A DNA stretch of 64,000 nt from Patellaria atrata CBS 101060 (taxonomy: Eukaryota), in the NCBI GenBank assembly GCA_010093705.1, contig MU006094.1, positions 843,550-907,549 of the forward strand. The letters are read 5' to 3'. The notes under the pieces are model-generated. The model made no database searches, had not been told where the DNA came from, and saw only the letters and a program-made list of their open reading frames with translations. Shown here one piece after another: positions 25,959 to 37,800 of this stretch. Each line of letters begins with the position of its first letter. Position 1 is the first letter of the stretch. Position numbers and translations under genes: made by a program.

Positions 25959-26532
25959 TCACCACTCACCCGAACCAGCTCTCGAATGATCCCTAATCTC
26001 CTGCTTCCGTCTCTTAACCGCATCCGCCAGACTCCGCTGCTCCTCCCTAGCTCTCGCAGCAGCAGCCTGTCTCTGCTTCTCTCCGTCTTCGGCCTGGGCT
26101 TCCCATACTACTCAACCCATCAGTAATCCCACCAAACCCATCTAGATGCATTGGCTAGAGAGAGGGATAGGGTAGGGTAGATACTCACTCGACTTATCAC
26201 TCTTCGAATACTCCTTAAGCTTCGTGACGAAACTGTCGAAATCCTGCTGCCGCTTTTCCCGGTTTTCGAGAGAGCGTTTCTGGAGCTCGGGATTGTATCT
26301 CTGCGCGGATTGGTTAGCTGAGTCTTTCGTGACGATAATCCGTATTTGGGGGGGTTTTGGGAGAGGGGTACTTTGAATAATTCCTCTTCGGTCGGTGTGA
26401 GGTAGCTGACGAAAGCGGGACCGCCGATGCAGAGCAAAACTCCTCTGATTTGGGTTAATAGGGGAATAGGGGGTGACTGATGAGGGATGTGTACGTTGCT
26501 ATCATTTGCACCCAGGCTTTGGGGCTTGGCAT
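25959..26532 (-). CDS. CBP4: Cytochrome b (complex III) assembly factor Cbp4; 4 exons (26532-26495, 26444-26372, 26300-26189, 26107-25959)
   Basis: Spliced product ..[70 protein letters not shown].. matches the Cbp4 family. Confidence 0.9.
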
Positions 26533-29500
26533 TATGGTGAGGAATTTTGGAGCTAGGTTACTAGATAGGAGGTAATGGTCGGTAAGGGGTTTTCAACGCA
26601 TCAATATGTCTTTCCCAATCTCCCTTGCTCTTTCTGTAAGTTCACTATCTTGATCACTGACTGATGATGATGAATTGATGGAATTCTAGATGGTTTAACT
26701 CTGTACGAGGGTAGGGTCTCTAATAGTTCATTTTGGGAATGGGCCAATTATTCAATTTTGGTTTTAAAGTGGTCCGTGCTCTTGAGATCAAAACGGCGCG
26801 ACATCACTCCCGTCCGGGCTTCTAGACAAAGTCTCCAACATTGTATCAAACAAATTAAGGACGATTGAATCAAATATCGAAGGTGTTTTATTGTATTGCT
26901 ATTTCCATCTCATACTCGTCAACCTTTCATGTCACAGTCAGTTCGCGCTCTATTACACATCTCCATGTCTCTATCCTCTCGTGGTTCAAATCGTTATTCG
27001 GATATTTCATCATCCCCTTCTTGCAGTTACTAGCAAAACCCCTTAAAGCATCGTATACAGTTTTCTCCTACTAAAGTCCTCCAGTCATTCAGTTCTTTTT
27101 GAATCATCAGCCTTGATTGTCTATCTAAACTTACTAGGTCAGGACGCCCTTTCTCGAAAAGGCAAATGATTTCGCGGCGGTAGGATTAATGAGAGAGACA
27201 TAAATCAACTCGTCAAAGGATACGGGCTACTGGGAACTACTAGCTAAAAGAATGCCTAAACTAGTAACCTAACTGTTCAACAGTTCAGAGAACGGTCAAG
27301 AAAATCCCCTTGGGGCCGTGGTGCAACTTGGAATGTGCATCAGAAGCTATAAGACATTTGACATGAGTGAAGGAAGTTGATAAAACAATAGTTGGGAAGC
27401 GGTCACCAATCGCACCACTGCAGAATAAAAACCTGGAGGCCAAAGTTCAGAGGTAAAGTCGACCTTTTGGTTCCATTCCGAAGACTAGCAATAGCCGATA
27501 TCTTGGAAGAGACTATGGCAACGAGCATCGTCTTCTATGTAGCGGCCGACAGTCTTCCATTGCTGCCCTCTACACTCACTGGAGACTGGGTTGATGAACC
27601 ATATTTCAAATGTCTTAATAATCCTCCCTCGCATATACGGTCCATGTGGTTGTTACAGCCATGAGTCTCTTCTAAAGTCCCATTATTTCGTAAATATCAG
27701 TCATGTTGTGCTGTTTCATTCCCTTTGGGCTCTTTTCATTTCGTACCTTCTCTCGTCACGTACAATTCTATCGTTGGGTATAGTCCGACCTGTTTTGTAC
27801 AGTTTAGCTATTCTGCCAGTCATGATGGGGATCCTTTAAAGATCAATAGTTGAGTTTGATATCCCTGTATCAACGAAGGATACGATCAAACCATAGCTTA
27901 CTATGGCGCTAATGTTGTAGATGTCCTCACCAGAGAAATACACATACCTCCATATGGTTATGAGAAGTGGAAATCCAGTTTTAACTAGTGAAAGGACATT
28001 TGGAGAAGCAAAAAGTCTCAATGGAGATACGTCCTGGTCTCAAAATAGCCATCGCAATACCTACGAATATTCGCTTAAAAAAATACTTTTCCCAATCTAC
28101 AAGGGATTCAGAAGATGAACTCCCCCGGCTAGAGTCGAACTAGCGACCTCCAGATTGCGGAATCCTTGATGGGATAACAGTCTGTCGCCTTAACCAGCTT
28201 GGCCACGGGGGATGATGAATTATTGACGTTCGGCATCTGATCCGCATCTGATATGACTTTCCTTGTGTACCAAAAGGCGAAGTGGGTCGTGTGCTCGGCT
28301 GGTGGTTCGAATTCTGCCCCCGACATGATACCGACCATAATCCGGGACAAAGAACGCTTTAGCATAAATTTGATGGGTAAAAGTTACAATTCCCTGTTGT
28401 AATATGAGTTTGTGAAGAAGACTTAAGAGGTGCTGAGCGGAGCGTCTTGTTGAATCATGCTCGCCATCAAGGAGTCGCCCCGAAATGGTTTCACTATGAC
28501 TGCATCAGCGACGAAGAAGAGTTCTTGTGTTTCACACCACCTAGAACGGCCTGTTGCGTGTCTCCATTCATAAAGGGGACCTGAGAGAGTCTTAGCGATG
28601 ACTTTTGAGCGAACGGAAATAACTTGACACACCTTTCGGGACCGCAACTAGCGCTGGAACACACGTAGACTTTTTTGGAGCTAAAAGGACTGTGTCGTAC
28701 CATGGCACTTTTTTTTCAACGAAATGTACAGTACAATGATGTGTTCCAGATTGTCTACTGCGATGTCACTCTTCATAAGGACTGAACCAGTGGAGAGATT
28801 GTTCTCATGACAATGTGCCAACAACTCCAGCGGCGCCCTTGACACATGTCGTCCACGGAATGTTCTGATATTATTTGTAAGCTCTAAGGAAGGGGTCAAT
28901 ACGCTTGCTGGATATATTGTAATAGTTCTACCATCGGGATGAGAGAAGAATCAGATTGAATTAAAGGGGAGCCTTCGTGAGGATGACGGACGGAGAAAAT
29001 CTGAGAAGGCCTGCCCCCTGATTCTGGGCTGTATAGTCAAGAGACGAGCTCTTACACTACAGCTGACAAGCTGGGACTGAGTGTAACCATGACGGAAAAC
29101 CGAGCCCCAGTCTCATCTTCCAGGGCTCAACCTGATTTTGTGGATAAAACCTTCGATGCGTTCACGATACTAGGCAAAAGTAAGATTTGATACCCTTGAA
29201 ATTCCGAGTTACATTTGAAGAACAGAGCTGGTGAGCATAAACGCGCTCGCCCTGTATTCCTAAACGGTATTCTAAGGCAAAATATGGCAATCGAAGAAAA
29301 TCTAGGCAATATCATCATTTAGGTTGGATCATATCAGTTCGCTATGTATGGCCTCGATGTATTGGGACGCGTAATGTCGATAGACGAATCTGCATGTTGA
29401 ATGCGGGTTGATACAATCGAAATATCGGCATGTTGTTTGGCTCGATATACGATGGGTGGTAAAGCAGGACCAATCTTCGCCCCTACAGAATATCCTCGAA

Positions 29501-30668
29501 TATAATCGCAACCCTCGTACTGCTGTCTTACAATGTCGGCACTAAAGACTCGAGTCGCACTGGTTGAATTGAGTCCACGACGGACTTTGATTAGAACTAT
29601 ACACCGCAGCAGAAACTCAAATGCTTTCTTCGTAAGAAAGTTGGTTCACCGACTATAACGGCTGAAGTAGAAGCAAGCGTGTTGTATGTATAACAGTATA
29701 TCGGGCCAGGTGATATACTCTATGAAACTCAGCAACCGTACCCGAGGAAACGATCGTATTTTCGGAATCCTGCGATATCTGATTGGCCCGCGACAAATAC
29801 TTCTTTTGTTCTTCTAAGCAGGGCTGAAGCTGGACCTTTACTTCGCCACGAATGTTGTGACAAATTTTCAACCGGTCCCAGCGAAACGCGCAAGCTACTC
29901 ATAACGATTTACCGCCTCAGGAGATTTTTTAACTTCCCGTCAAGGAGACCGGTCTACCAACTTGCTAGAACGTGGTGAGGATTCAGGAGGCTGAGACAAG
30001 CGTCGGATAGTTAGTGTAGGATGCTAATTGGCCTACTCAAACTACTCAGCTCTTATTCAGCAACATCGCGCTTCTCTATGGTAAACATGTGAACTCCTTT
30101 TCACAACAGCGGAGATTTCGGTGCTCTTAATCATCCATCGTCCAACAGACGGAATAACGGCGCGTAAAGATACTCCTTGTCCAAGCACGTATGATGTTCT
30201 TAGCTGATCCGTCATAATCTATGCTGCGACCATAGAATCCAAGTATGTAGTGTTCTTCTTTACTCTTGCAACGATCCTGCCTTTGCTTTGATAAGGATCA
30301 AAACAGTTAGATCCACCAAACACGTTTCATTTACCTATGTCAAGCATTATTACGCGGCCTTGATGCTTGGGACCTCGCTTCGCTGTGCTTGATGTAACAA
30401 CATGGATATGCTGCTTCTGTGTTGTTCACCTAGTGGGCTGAAACCGCAATGACCATCTTCGAATATCAGCCGTCAAAATATGATAAGTATGGTCTGTTCT
30501 ACGTGCAACTTACATTTCACTTCCAACTACTATTCTTAATATTATTTCATCCTCCACCGTATCGATTTCTAAACATCTTTCGGACGTGACAGTGTCCGTT
30601 TCTCAATCTCCGACTCTTCTATCTCCGTCTTCTATTTCTTAATAGGGGTGCAACCCAAGACCGTTGTC

Positions 30669-31602
30669 ATGGCCACTCCAACAACCACAAGTTCCTCTCC
30701 CAGTTCCAGTATCTCAGAGCTCCCATGTATCACCTATACGCCAGGACCGCATGGCGAGGTTCCTGTTGATGCATGTAACTCAAGATACCTAGCTACCCCT
30801 TCTTTCTCATGGGCTGTTGTTTTCCTCGTCATCTTTGCTATCTTGACAGTTGCTCAAATAGCACAAGCGATCATATTCAGAAAGGTGAGTTACCCTGTTC
30901 CCGAAGAGTGCCGAGGATGGGAACTGACACCGAGCCTTGCGCAGAGATTTGCTTGGGTCATGATTATGGGCGTGTCATGGCTTCTTGCCTCCTTCGTAAC
31001 TCGTACACTCGGTACTCGCGATCAGCAAAATCAAGGGTTGGCGATTATATCACAGCTCTTCTTACTCCTTGCGCCTTTATGTAAGTCTGAATCTCCCACA
31101 ATATACAACGTAATACCTCCATCCCCACTTCAACCACCCAAACAAACCCTTACCCAAGAACGACCTGGCTAATGAACGGGAAAGGGATCAACGCCTACGT
31201 CTACATGACCGCAGGCCGCCTGATCCATATGTACATCCCCAGCAAGCGCATCTGGCGCATCAAAGCGGCCTCGATCGGCAAATACTTCATCTGGTTCGAC
31301 ATCTTCGCCTTCCTGGTCCAAGGCACCGGCGGCTCCATGCTCACGCCCGACGCCAGCCCGGAGAAGCTGAAACGCGGCTTCGACATCTACATGGCCGGCA
31401 TCGGCATTCAAGAAGCCTTCATCGTCTGCTTCACAGTCGTCATCGCCATCTTCCACAAGAAGGCCCTGGAGCTGGAGCGCCGGGGTGAACTGAGGGACGG
31501 ACAGGAGGGGAAGGGGAGAGGGGGGAGGAAGTGGCTCTGGTTAACATTAGCACTCTATGCCGCTTTGGCCATGATTACGGTATGTCCCCGTTCTCACCAT
31601 CT

Positions 31603-31635
<33 letters not shown>

Positions 31636-32108
31636 TCTCTCCTTCCCCGGGTCCCCCTAACAACAACAACAAAAACAACTCTATAAGACGAGAGGAATTA
31701 TCGCTGATATTTGAGATTGGTTAGACACGCATCATATTCCGCCTCGCCGAGTTCTCCGGCGGCGTCGACCCGGAAGACAACCCGCTCCCTTTCAACGAAG
31801 CGTACGTCCTCGCCCTCGACGCCCTCCCCATGAGCATCTGCGTCCTCGTTCTCACCCTCATGCATCCCGGTCTCGTCCTCCGCGGCCCGGACTCCGAGTT
31901 CCCGAAGCTGACAAGGGCGCAGAAGAAGGCGCTCAAGGCGGAGAACAAGGCGGCGAAGGCGGAGAGGAGGGCCAGGGGGGAGAATGCCGGGTGGTGGAAG
32001 AGGGGCGGGGAGAGGTATAAGGAGATGGCGCATAGGGAGAGTGAGGTCGAGTTGAGGGAGGAGGTTGGTACGGGGTATAGTGGTGGGAGGGGCGCGGTTA
32101 TGGCTTAA
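30669..32108 (+). CDS. RTA1-domain (lipid-translocating exporter family) 7-TM protein; 4 exons (30669-30884, 30945-31080, 31185-31579, 31725-32108)
   Basis: LLLAPLWINAYVYMTAGRLI, YFIWFDIFAFLVQGTGG, IYMAGIGIQEAFI, RIIFRLAEFSGG, EAYVLALDALPM and HPGLVLRGPDSEFP. Confidence 0.92.
31604..31633. repeat. Poly-C tract (about 30 C) within RTA1 intron 3
   Basis: Read directly from the sequence. Confidence 0.9.
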
Positions 32109-32444
32109 AGGGCTTGGAATGGGGTGTCGTGGCGTTGGGATGTCGGACGTTTTTGGGAGCTTGGGTTGGGCATGAAGTGTTTGCTATGGGATAGAGGTAT
32201 CAGATACTCGCGATCTTGCTGTCGTAGAGGGGACGTCAAGATTCGGTTTCTTTCCTTACAAAAGCCTTGGAGCGTGGCTGATATACCCTCTCGTTGGGAG
32301 CGTAGTCGCCCCTCGATACATGGAAGAGAAGGAATTTGACCGCTGTATTCTATGAAGCGAGTCGATAATTTTGGCGTGAAAGCACATCTCCGGCAAGGAA
32401 ATCATTTTGTTCGGCACATATACAGTACACAGAAACCAGTCTAG

Positions 32445-33674
32445 CTAATAATTCGGCTCATCGTTCCAATACAACGTCTCATGATACACCTCCGGCCCCG
32501 TACTCGCAAAATCCCACCCAAACGTCATACGGATGAACTGCATAATATGACTCGCCGTCTTGATCTGGCCAGCGTCCGTGGGGTGCCACTGCGGCGAAAT
32601 ATCATTATGCTGCATGACCCCGGTATTATTGAAGTAGTGCACATAATCCGCGCCCTCACCCCTGAGCCTATTATACACACCGAAAATCTCGTCTCTGAAC
32701 GCGCCGACCTCGTAGTACGAGTTCCCGATGGCGCCGAAGCCGTTCGGGAGGGAGACGAGCACGATCTGCGCGGCGGGCCAGACGGCGTGGATCTTGGCGA
32801 CGAAGTCGAGGTAGCTGGTCACGTAATCGGCGGTCGCGACCATGTTGTGGGTGTTGTTGTCGTTGGTGCCGAGATGGATGAGGACGAGGTCGGCGGCCGG
32901 CTGGGTTTCGAAGATCCAGGGCTCGGGCTTCTCGCCGTAGAGCTCCTGCGCGCGGCCCGAGGTGTCCGAGGTCTGGAACCACTGCCAGATCTGCCCGCGC
33001 GGGTTGCCCCAGCAGTTGTTGTCCGAGAGGCAGATGCCGGGGTAGGCGGTGATGGAAAACTCGGCGTCGAAGGCGTTGCCGACGCCCCAGGCCCAGGAGG
33101 AGAGGCCCTCGTAGGTGTTGAACATGCCGGCGCTGATGGAGTCGCCGATGATCTCGATGGTCTTGGGTTTGTTGGGGATCTTGATGAGTTTGCCGTTGGA
33201 GTTGAGGTGGACGCCGGTGAGCTGGACGCCGTATGACCAGTTCGTGACACGCATCTCGAAGGTGCGGGGGCGCTGACCAGGAAGGGTGAGGTTGAAGCCA
33301 GGCGTGTTTTTGGTGACGAGGAGGTGGGTCTTGCCGCCCGTCACGTTGGTAAAGAGCCAGTCTTGCCCATCGATCCGGTAGCCGATGAGAGTGCCTGGGC
33401 TGGTGTGCTGCCCGAAGCTCAGGGCGATCTTGTCTCCTGTGTACCCGAATTTGATCCCTGGTGCGGACCACCATGAGATGTATTTGCTGTCCCAACGGCC
33501 CTTGTAGGAGATTTCGGTTGCATTGGGTCCGTATGACTTCCAGCTAGAGTCATTTCCGCTTATAGAAGTGATTGATGTATCTGGGAAATGGACATCACGG
33601 GGACGGCCATTTTCTATGATGGTTGCCGATGCTAAAGAAGCAAATGCAGCCAACAGGAGGCTTGAAAACCTCAT
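32445..33674 (-). CDS. Secreted SGNH/GDSL hydrolase, carbohydrate esterase family 2-like; intronless
   Basis: Signal peptide MRFSSLLLAAFASLASA, ISYKGRWD..WWSAPGIKF N-terminal domain, block I IEIIGDSISAG, block III HLGTND, and block V QWHP. Confidence 0.88.
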   Translation of the reverse strand: MRFSSLLLAAFASLASATIIENGRPRDVHFPDTSITSISGNDSSWKSYGPNATEISYKGRWDSKYISWWSAPGIKFGYTGDKIALSFGQHTSPGTLIGYRIDGQDWLFTNVTGGKTHLLVTKNTPGFNLTLPGQRPRTFEMRVTNWSYGVQLTGVHLNSNGKLIKIPNKPKTIEIIGDSISAGMFNTYEGLSSWAWGVGNAFDAEFSITAYPGICLSDNNCWGNPRGQIWQWFQTSDTSGRAQELYGEKPEPWIFETQPAADLVLIHLGTNDNNTHNMVATADYVTSYLDFVAKIHAVWPAAQIVLVSLPNGFGAIGNSYYEVGAFRDEIFGVYNRLRGEGADYVHYFNNTGVMQHNDISPQWHPTDAGQIKTASHIMQFIRMTFGWDFASTGPEVYHETLYWNDEPNY

Positions 33675-34732
33675 CTTGAACCTCGAACGAAGAAGAAAGG
33701 GAAGAGAGATAGAATGAAAAGTGCATATACTTAGCCATATATTCAACAGTACTTCGTTCTAGAGCAGAGGAAACGACAATAAATCGAACAGAATCGCGTC
33801 TTAGGACTTACATCTCCATATACTCCAAGCGGAGTGCTACTCTATTTCAATCGTCCAGGCTGATCTTGTTGTATGAGATTCACTGTAGTCAGAGATCTAA
33901 ATAATTTCGATCAACTCAAGCTACAGCAGTCTCTCATACCCGGGCAAAAGGGAAAGGAGTAGATCGCGGGACCTTGCATATGACCGTCTCCAAATCCAAG
34001 GTTTCATAGCTTCGTTCAATATATAGGACAATAAAGGGCGTCTACCACTGCTTAAGCGCACTCTCTGCGATATTATTGATCTGTGCCTCCCTTGCGATGA
34101 GAAATGGTGATGGATGCCGCGAACGGACCGGTTGCTCCGTTTCGAGAACGGGGTAGCAGAGGCTACGTTGTACTGAGTGACAGAAGAGGGTGTGGAATTT
34201 TCAATGAGGGTGTAGAATTTCGAAGAGGGTGGCATCGATGATGCACATCTCCTCTTTCAACCTCATATTTTCGCAGGGAAGATGATGATACGGTAGTTGT
34301 TGGATGCTACGTAATGTCACTATGTGCTTGTTAGCATGCAATCACCCTTTCGTGCTGCGCAATCCAACCGATCTGCAGTATAGGGCTGCATGTTTGCTCG
34401 ACATATGAACTGTAGTTCTCGCAAACCCCATCCTATCCCGCTATTCGAATGCTTCTTTTTCTTTGGCGTTGTAGAGGCGTTGTCGTGCCCTCAATCTCAT
34501 TCGCGTGTTGCTCTGACGCTTGACCTAAACTTGACTTTTCTCCCGTCCCCGAACTGTCTCCCAAAAGCACTTTGCACCTCCATCTGGTGATACAAACCCC
34601 CTCTGCAATACAAAAGTATCCCCCCTCGAGCAATCCGCACTGCTCATTCAGGTACTAGAGGGAAAGCCCGGCGCAATGGTCATTGTGTCCTCAAAGAAAC
34701 TATGACATGGCTCGGGAAAGCCTTGATTTCTG

Positions 34733-35228
34733 ATGGCATCTCCTGTCAGTTCTATCCCAGACACCCAGCTGGGACTCACGAGCGGCGAAGTCCAGCTTCT
34801 ACGTCAACACCAGCAAATTGCACTGTCTCACGGCGGACAATCTTCTTCGAGAGCTGCCAGCAATGCTTCCAGCCAAGGTCGACTCTTGCTGGATCCTACA
34901 AGCCTCCAGGCTCTGAGCTTGCATTTTGATCGGCTTATGCACGCCATCCAACAACGCTGGCAGCAAGTGAGCGTAAAACTATGTTTGATGATTGAAACAT
35001 CACTGACTGTCTCGGGTATAGTTGACAGAGCAAACCGAAATGGCGACCCAGATTCAGTACGACCGCGCCGGAAACGCACTCGAGATGGCCGATGCCGAAA
35101 TTCGCCGATTCCACAACATCCTGCGGCAGATTGACGAACTCGAAATAGAGTTTGACAAAATCCGACGCATCGGAGAGATCGTCAAAGGTTTTCGCGCTCG
35201 TGTCGAGGCTTTAGATCAACGCATTTGA
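34733..35228 (+). CDS. CNL1: BLOC-1 complex subunit Cnl1-like; 2 exons (34733-34966, 35022-35228)
   Basis: IPDTQLGLTSGEVQLLRQ..SSRAASNASSQGRLLLDP..YDRAGN..ADAEI..IDELEIEFDKIRRIGEIVKGFRARVE matches the Pezizomycotina Cnl1 family as I remember it. GT-AG intron. Confidence 0.75.
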
Positions 35229-36163
35229 CCACCGTATTACCCCTATCCAACAGAACCTTATCATGACTTTTACGACCATTTACACCATACACTTTTGTCC
35301 TCGCGGACACCAACACCACTATATCACTAAGAGCGGAAGCCTCGCGGCGCATTTGGGAGACATGGGAGGTGCATTTGAAGAGTTGTGCCTCGCGGTTTCT
35401 AGTGTCAAATTATGGGCATTTTGAGATATACCCCCTCCGTCTGCAATTTCGACATTGACTTGAGCGGTTATAGCCTTTGAATTATAAGCAACATTTAATT
35501 TGTGGTATTGTCGCACTGATTTGTATTTCATTGATTGCCGTATCTTTTTCTGCTTTCCAAACTCGTCCCGAGACCTCGACTGTTACTTATTTGTACTGCA
35601 TCGTGCCAGTTCTACTATTCCATTGCTGTGTATTATTGCATCTTTTTGGCCCTTCATTTCCTTATCAAGAGGAATTCTGTCGAGTCTGTCCGAGTTTTGT
35701 GCTGTTGCATCTCTACAAAGAAAAATCATACCGATGATAGTTTCTACATACCCTTATTCAGTAATATATTGAGATTCAACAAAATACACCAGCGTGCATG
35801 AGATATCCGTACATCTCATTGTTTACTACTGAATTATAATCAGCAGAAATAAGACAAATTACTTGATACCTCGTGTTATATCACGCAGTCAAAGGGATAG
35901 CAACAATTCAAGAAAGAAAAGAAATGTATTGAATCCGAAAAATAAACAAGGTGACTCAAAGAAAATCTTACCTCAGATCCGACCAGCGAATCATAACAGG
36001 CAAAGAAGTCTCCTACCATCCCACAAACTTACCATTCCCAGTTTCCACTGCTGAGAGACTGATCTACCGCTCCACCCTCACCTGCCTCCCCACCTCCAAC
36101 GGAATACTCACAAACCTCGCCCCCCTCTCCGCACCCGCCCTCATCGGCCTCGAAAAGTTCGGC

Positions 36164-36616
36164 TCAACGCCCGCGCATATGCGCCTCATAAAGCCTCTCC
36201 TGCTCCCTCATCTCCTCCTCCGTCATGCCTCTCTCGTGCCTAACCGCTACCCGTTGCGGACTCACCAGTCTCGACATCCCCATCTCGCTCATATCAGGAT
36301 ACCGCGCGTCTCTAACAACCCCCCCGGCTCCCTGTCCCTCAACCACCATCCTGACCGGCCTCTGTTCCGCCTCGACCTGCGCACGCAGCCGCTGCTCCAT
36401 CGCTGCTCGCGCGCTCGCGGCCACGGCTTCGTTGACTACGTGGCGGGCTGCGTGCTGTGCGGCGTCTGAGGCTGCTTCGATGTCGGTGTCGCGAGCGCGG
36501 GCGCGGTTGTTGCGGTAACGGGTGTAGAGTTGGTGGAGGGCGCCGCCGAGGAGGAGGAGGAGGGATAGGCCGGCGAGGGCGATGAGGAGGGGTGCCCAGA
36601 TTGGGAGGTTGATCAT
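36164..36616 (-). CDS. Hypothetical small single-pass membrane protein
   Basis: 150-aa ATG ORF with an N-terminal hydrophobic helix followed by a basic stretch and a DIEA motif. Possible 5'-UTR intron with a GTAAGT donor at about 36729. Confidence 0.55.
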   Translation of the reverse strand: MINLPIWAPLLIALAGLSLLLLLGGALHQLYTRYRNNRARARDTDIEAASDAAQHAARHVVNEAVAASARAAMEQRLRAQVEAEQRPVRMVVEGQGAGGVVRDARYPDMSEMGMSRLVSPQRVAVRHERGMTEEEMREQERLYEAHMRGR

Positions 36617-37800
36617 TTTCGCGTTTCGTTATGGGGGGGAATGTGTGTGCGTTTGTTGATGTTCTGTGGGGTTTGTATGGTGTGTTTTTATCTGTTTTTC
36701 CCTCTGAGTTTAGGGTGGGAATGACTTACCGTGTTTGTTTAGGGTGAGGGTATTGATGAGGGTTAGTCTGTCTTTTACTTTCGTGGAAGAGGGACCCGAG
36801 TGCTGTGGTATGCTTGAGTTTTGAGGGAATGAAGGGCAGGTATCTTTTACGGTCTGATGGTGAAGGGAGCTGGGGTTTCTATAATTGGGACTTGAAGCAC
36901 CGTTTTGCTGCTTGAAATACAATGAGTCTTTGTTCGACTTTGTTGGTCCGGTGTTAAAATATAACGGTGTTTTACTTATGTATTGATGGCCTTTATTTAG
37001 CGGAAACCTGGGCTTTGTGATGGACTATAACAAGGTCCATCGTTCTGTTTTGGAATGTGTACTCAAGATATGAAGCATGGATGAACCGATGCTGAGGGAA
37101 TGGGGTTAATTAGGTTGTTTCAATAGAGTATATCATAAGGTAGAAGTAAAATTCATAGAAAAGAGCGCGATATCAAATAAGAGACGTTAGCACTATGGGG
37201 GTACGGAAAAGGAGGGAGCTTAAGGGGAATGAAAGGTGGACACCATATCAACCCTAAAACCGGAAGTCGCGACGTTCAAATGATCTGCTCTTCCCTAAGG
37301 TACCTTACTCACTCTCACACAATGAACAGACTCACTCGAATTCATGAATAAACTGCATTATGCTGCACTGTCTCTCTCTCCTCTCCTCGATTCTATCTCC
37401 TCACTCCCACCATCTTCAAGCGAATCGAATATCTACAACCAAATCGTATACCACCATCTCATGTCAAATGCAGAGAAACTGAAATAGAAAGTGAGTGCCA
37501 TTTACGGAAAAGACCGGCTGTCAAGACCAAAAAAATGAGAAGGGGGATATCACTCCATTGCGCATCCACTCAACACCTCAACGCCATGCAAAAGCTCAAA
37601 CCCACAGCCCACCCGGATCGTAAACCGCTCGCTAAATGCGTGGTAATAGTGCTCTCTTCTCCTGATGAGCTCCCCGTTTCCTCCACATAAGTCCAAGATT
37701 GCATAAATAGTGCGCCAGAAGCTCAAAGCGCGTCTCTCTTTGGCTCTATGGTATCCGTCCACCTCTAAATGATAACCAAATTCGTCATTGTGATAAATGT

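Noticed and set aside
32481..33495. Long overlapping alternative-frame and antisense ORFs over the CE2 gene (similar ones over REC8, the phosphatase and FRE)
   Set aside because: Expected by-product of high GC3 codon bias, which depletes stop codons in the other frames.
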